Source: a virus. From it: a DNA stretch of 64,000 bases. The stretch's first letter is position 1, and every line of letters starts with the position of its first letter. A program made the position numbers and the translations under genes. The stretch spans positions 46,142 through 110,141 of the IMG/VR virus record IMGVR_UViG_3300042691_031577. One strand, written 5' to 3'. This document shows positions 60,287-64,000 of the stretch, one piece after another. The notes under the pieces were generated by a model that saw only the letters and a list, made by a program, of their open reading frames with translations, was not told the DNA's origin and did no database searches.

Positions 60287-62048
60287 TTAATTACTTGCTC
60301 TATGTGGTTGATTATCGTTTACGTTTTCAGTTGTTTTTGGTGGTGGAGGTGGTGGTGTTGATTCTTTAGATTTTATAATAAAGTAAAATTTATCATTATT
60401 TTCTAATCCGTACTCTGCCACTTCATATATATCCAAATCAACTACTTTACGTTCATGTATTAAAAAACGAGCTATAATATCAATACGCTCTGTACCTTGA
60501 AGTTCATAAGTGACTTTTGTTTTTTTATCTTTATAAAACAAACTAATAAATCTTTTACCCCAATCCATAACCTTTATTTTTAATTAATTAAGGAAATCTA
60601 ATATAATTTCCTTGCCAAAAGAACCTCTTTTGATCGTCTCAAATTGCTCGATGTTAGTAAGTGGTTTGGCATCAGATAATTCAAATGACCATCTAAATTT
60701 ACCTCCGTTATGTAGCCCAGCAAAATAACCATCATCGCTTATCACAATAAATTCTTTGGGTGGAATCCATTTTTTACGTTTCTTTACCATCTGCTGCCTT
60801 TTAGTTGACCTTCTGTTATCTCAGCATTCAAATATAATATAACATTATCTGTTAGTTTTTTAAGTGCTTGTGCTCTTTCTTCTATCTCAATCCTTAGCTC
60901 AGCACCATATTTTTCTAATAAACGTTCTTTAGCCATTTCCTTTAATTCAGGTATTGGTCTTAGTTCATCGGCCCAACGTGCAATTAAATACTTATCACAT
61001 ATTGATTCTGTGGTACCATAGTAATCAAAACCTACAGTCTCAGCATAGTTTTTAGCTTGTTCACTTGAATCAAACAACATATCTTTATTGTTTGTATCTT
61101 TAAGACGATTATATGATTTATTGTATGGAGTCCATTTTTGTACATAACCTACAGCAAATGGATCAGGTGATTTATCATCATACCATATTTCAATTTTAGT
61201 GAAATGTTTTTCTTTTACTGAGTATCCTATTTGCCTAAGTACCTCAAGAGGTATAGTTGTTTTACTATACGTCTTAAAATCAGTACTTGCAGGACATAAT
61301 GTTTTAAAAATAAGATTCATTGAATTGTTAATGTGAGGATATGGAATAGGTGATTCTGCTTTTCTAACAAAATCTAATTGAGATTCCATCCCCAATTCAT
61401 TAGCTAACTCTTTCCATTCATCTAATGCTTCAATTTGAAACATGATGTCATTTAATTCTTCGTTTTGGTAAATTTGTACGGCCATAACATTTATTTTTGT
61501 AAATATAAGTAAAGTATTTTGCCTACTATAATCCTTTTTTCGAAAGATGTTTTAATGTTTCTAAATCATCATTACTAATGAATCTTCTATTATCCCATAC
61601 TTTATCAAGTATATCAGCTAATTCTTTTTCTAAATTAGTTTGAGGTATTCTACTTTCCCAAATAGCAACCTCAGCATTAAGTTCTTTAGGTATAATACCT
61701 TCCTCATATAACGCCTCAGCCATTTCTTGTTTTTCATACTTAGACATATCCCACATCAAATCGTCTATGTCTATGTCAACTGTGATACTTGCCATACTAT
61801 GCTTCTCCTTTTATTTTATTGTGATTATATAATTTATTTAATTGTTCAATTTCAGATGCTTCTTTAAGTGCTTGAACTAGTGTCATATGAGCAATCATTA
61901 TGTTTCTGATGTCCTCATTCTGACGAGATTGTTCTTCACTTATTGCATTTAATTCACTATTAATTTTATTAATGTGTATTACACAATATATCGCAAGCGA
62001 GGTAACTATCGCTAATAATGTTGAGAGAATTGTTATCGCTATAATCAT
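60287..62048 (-). CDS. Run of hypothetical ORFs (60287-60568, 60584-60790, 60784-61485, 61526-61795, 61797-62048)
   Basis: Contiguous minus-strand track ORFs; no function recognisable. Confidence 0.6.
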
Positions 62049-62061
62049 ATTTTGATGTTAG

Positions 62062-62130
62062 TAGTCAGGACAGGAATCGAACCTGTGTCTCCCATACCAA
62101 TATGGGGCGTTACCACTACGCTACCTGACT
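62062..62130 (-). ncRNA. tRNA-like RNA 4 (69 nt; shortened anticodon arm)
   Basis: AGTCAGG-TA-GCGT-AGTGGTA-ACGC-CCCATA-TTGG-TATGGG-AGAC-ACAGG-TTCGATT-CCTGT-CCTGACT-A; only 20 nt between D and T stems, against 22-23 canonical. Confidence 0.85.
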
Positions 62131-62262
62131 AATGATCCTGCAGGACCTGCCTTTTTCTGTTTATTGACGGATTACAAAAGACAAACGTCATCCGTTCTCA
62201 CCCACCTTGAAAATCCTTCCTGTGCACAGAACAAGAAAATGGGGCGGGGTTGTTTCTACTTA

Positions 62263-62424
62263 TTATTTGATGAATTGATGTATAAAGTCTGCTATAAAAA
62301 TACCAACAGCAATACTTGTTAATACTAAATTTGTTCCTAAACGCTTACGTTCATCCTTGATAAATGGTTTTGGAATCCATGAGGCTATAATAAACAGCCA
62401 ACCGATAATAAATACTATACTCAT
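62263..62424 (-). CDS. Small two-TM membrane protein (probable start MSIVFII)
   Basis: The promoter motif lies inside the longer track ORF. Confidence 0.6.
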   Translation of the reverse strand: MSIVFIIGWLFIIASWIPKPFIKDERKRLGTNLVLTSIAVGIFIADFIHQFIK

Positions 62425-62476
62425 AACTTTAAATTTTAATTTACTTAAATATAATATTTTTGTTTTGCCCTCCAAA

Positions 62477-62866
62477 CTAATCCCACCAATAGTTAAAATA
62501 TTTTTCCATCATTCTACAAAACAATCTCCAATCTCTTTCTTCTAACTGGCTTGACAATAATAGGTCTTCATGTGTTTGACCTCTACTCCACCAATACTCA
62601 GTATAATAATTATTTTTTCTACGCTCAAGTATTTGAATACATAATTTTAATGCTTTAAGTGCTTTACTAGCATAATATGACTCCCAATTAACATAAGTGG
62701 TATCTGGGTTAGAGAATCGTTTATACATGTTATTTAACTTAAATAACAACATATCCTCAATATAACCATGATCCCAGTCTCTATCATTCCATATTACTGA
62801 AAACCACTTAATTAAGTTTTTAATACTTCTATAAATGTAATATATGTTGGTATTAAGTTTATTCAT
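62477..62866 (-). CDS. Hypothetical protein
   Basis: IWNDRDWDHGY...NYWWD. Confidence 0.7.
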   Translation of the reverse strand: MNKLNTNIYYIYRSIKNLIKWFSVIWNDRDWDHGYIEDMLLFKLNNMYKRFSNPDTTYVNWESYYASKALKALKLCIQILERRKNNYYTEYWWSRGQTHEDLLLSSQLEERDWRLFCRMMEKYFNYWWD

Positions 62867-63294
62867 TTATTTTCTTCTATTTCAATTACAGTAATTTTAC
62901 CTGTTGTTTGTTCTAAAAATATAGTATAATATCTTATTGCAATATCAGGATCTTTACCATATTGACCAATAACAAGTACATACCCATTATTGGTTTCAGA
63001 ATGTAGTTTAAAAATTTTCTCCTCAGGTTTATAATAACGTTTAGTTAAATAGGTTCTTATTTCAGAATAAGTTACATATTTATTTTTTACTTTATTACCA
63101 TTAATATGAGTTATTAAAATATTATCTAAACATAATGTATCAAATTTAAACATACGATTCATTGCTTTAACATACATAGTTGGGTCAATAGCAGCATATG
63201 TTTTTATAGCTTCATACTCAGTGTCATTAGTTTGAGCACTTACATTTGTTGCTAAAACTAAAGCAACAATCATTGTTTTTAAATAATCTTTCAT
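62863..63294 (-). CDS. Secreted hypothetical protein
   Basis: Signal peptide MKDYLKTMIVALVLATNVSA-Q (Gln after the cleavage site, typical of Bacteroidetes). Confidence 0.7.
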   Translation of the reverse strand: MKDYLKTMIVALVLATNVSAQTNDTEYEAIKTYAAIDPTMYVKAMNRMFKFDTLCLDNILITHINGNKVKNKYVTYSEIRTYLTKRYYKPEEKIFKLHSETNNGYVLVIGQYGKDPDIAIRYYTIFLEQTTGKITVIEIEENK

Positions 63295-63317
63295 AATCTT
63301 ATTTTAAATATAATATA

Positions 63318-63470
63318 TTATCTTGACATAGAAAAAGACTCTTTCGAGTCTTTACTATTTTTTCTTGAATATATCTTACCACTTGGTTTTACTTTAGAGA
63401 GCATCCGTCGCCTAATTAATTGGGCCAGGTGTCGTTCGTTGTATCCCTCTATTTTGTTCTTGTTTTTCAT
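63318..63470 (-). CDS. Small basic ArfA-like protein (50 aa) with an internal terminator
   Basis: MKNKNKIEGYNERHLAQLIRRRMLSKVKPSGKIYSRKNSKDSKESFSMSR*; promoter motif at 63474-63482. Confidence 0.6.
   Translation of the reverse strand: MKNKNKIEGYNERHLAQLIRRRMLSKVKPSGKIYSRKNSKDSKESFSMSR
63331..63353 (-). terminator. Intrinsic terminator inside the ArfA-like ORF
   Basis: AAAGACTC-GAAA-GAGTCTTTTTC. Confidence 0.7.
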
Positions 63471-63524
63471 ACATATAAATATACAAAACGAGTTGTGCCG
63501 ACACTATTAATTTGATAAAGTGAT

Positions 63525-64000
63525 TTAATTATTATGATAATCTATTAATTTCCACTCTCCATGTTTTTTTTCTACTAATGCTGTACAATTTTCACACCAA
63601 TCTCCTGAATTGAGGTATTCTTTTTTTATTGCTGGTTGATGGATATGACCACAAATAGCTATGTCACATCCTTTTTGTTTTGCTAATCGTGTAGCATTAT
63701 CTTCAAAATCATTTATAAAATTAGTTGCTTTTTTTATACCGTTTTTAATATCTTTAGATATAGAATAATAAGGTAATCCTTTAAATGATCTCCATCTATT
63801 ATACCATCTATTTATCCAAAGTGCAATGTCATATCCAATACTACCGATATATGCTAACCATTTTACTTTTGTGATAAAAATATCTAACACATCCCCATGA
63901 AAAATATAATAACGTGTTTTATTTGATTGGTGAATCCAATCCTCTACAATTTTAATATTTCCAAGATGAAATGGAAGAAAATCTTTTAAAAACTCATCAT
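63525..64000 (-). CDS. Calcineurin-like metallophosphoesterase, LpxH (UDP-2,3-diacylglucosamine hydrolase)-like, partial
   Basis: Frame open to the window edge: DEFL...IFHGDVLD...ICGHIHQP...YLNSGDWCEN. Confidence 0.85.
   Translation of the reverse strand, partial: DEFLKDFLPFHLGNIKIVEDWIHQSNKTRYYIFHGDVLDIFITKVKWLAYIGSIGYDIALWINRWYNRWRSFKGLPYYSISKDIKNGIKKATNFINDFEDNATRLAKQKGCDIAICGHIHQPAIKKEYLNSGDWCENCTALVEKKHGEWKLIDYHNN

Noticed and set aside
62062-62130. Calling this element a normal tRNA-Pro(UGG)
   Set aside because: The anticodon arm is 2-3 nt too short and the acceptor stem is the family sequence rather than the Pro-type C1:G72
3351-62545. Plus-strand ORFs in the track (e.g. 3351-3536, 15356-15679, 24810-25304, 40101-40382)
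   Set aside because: Antisense shadows of well-supported minus-strand genes, with no promoters or recognisable motifs
10229-63330. Plus-strand TTGAC(A) read as sigma70 -35 boxes
   Set aside because: Wrong orientation for the genes, alternates with TTGCC, and has no consistent -10; its spacing is fixed relative to the minus-strand -7 box
1-64000. Stop-codon reassignment; inteins or group I introns in terminase, portal, primase or ligases
   Set aside because: Long genes are intact under the standard code, TAA, TAG and TGA all end genes, and protein lengths and motifs are continuous; the GIY-YIG gene is free-standing

Overview
64 kb of a large, AT-rich, T4-like (myovirus-type) phage genome. 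The host is probably a Bacteroidetes: promoters are of the TTTG-N19-20-TAnnTTTA type and leaders are A-rich without Shine-Dalgarno sequences. Essentially all genes are on the minus strand and use the standard code. Positions 1-44 kb hold the late/structural and replication genes: portal, large terminase, many small putative head proteins sharing an N-terminal leader, primase, exonucleases, baseplate/tail genes, an L,D-transpeptidase-like lysin and a gp55-like sigma factor, with a recurrent ATATTTAT(A) upstream motif. Positions 44-64 kb are an early/accessory region of short monocistronic cassettes bounded by composite terminator-promoter elements, plus DNA ligase, RNA ligase, a GH73 glucosaminidase and an LpxH-like phosphoesterase. 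The most striking unexplained signals are: (1) four dispersed tRNA-like RNAs with an identical acceptor stem and near-identical T-arm but unrelated interiors lacking a canonical anticodon arm, three of them next to other non-coding sequence; (2) a 50-aa ArfA-like ORF with an intrinsic terminator before its stop codon; (3) hairpin-promoter cassette boundaries with covarying stems; (4) a shuffled capsid-targeting-like leader peptide. All calls were made by eye from motifs; no database search or folding program was run.
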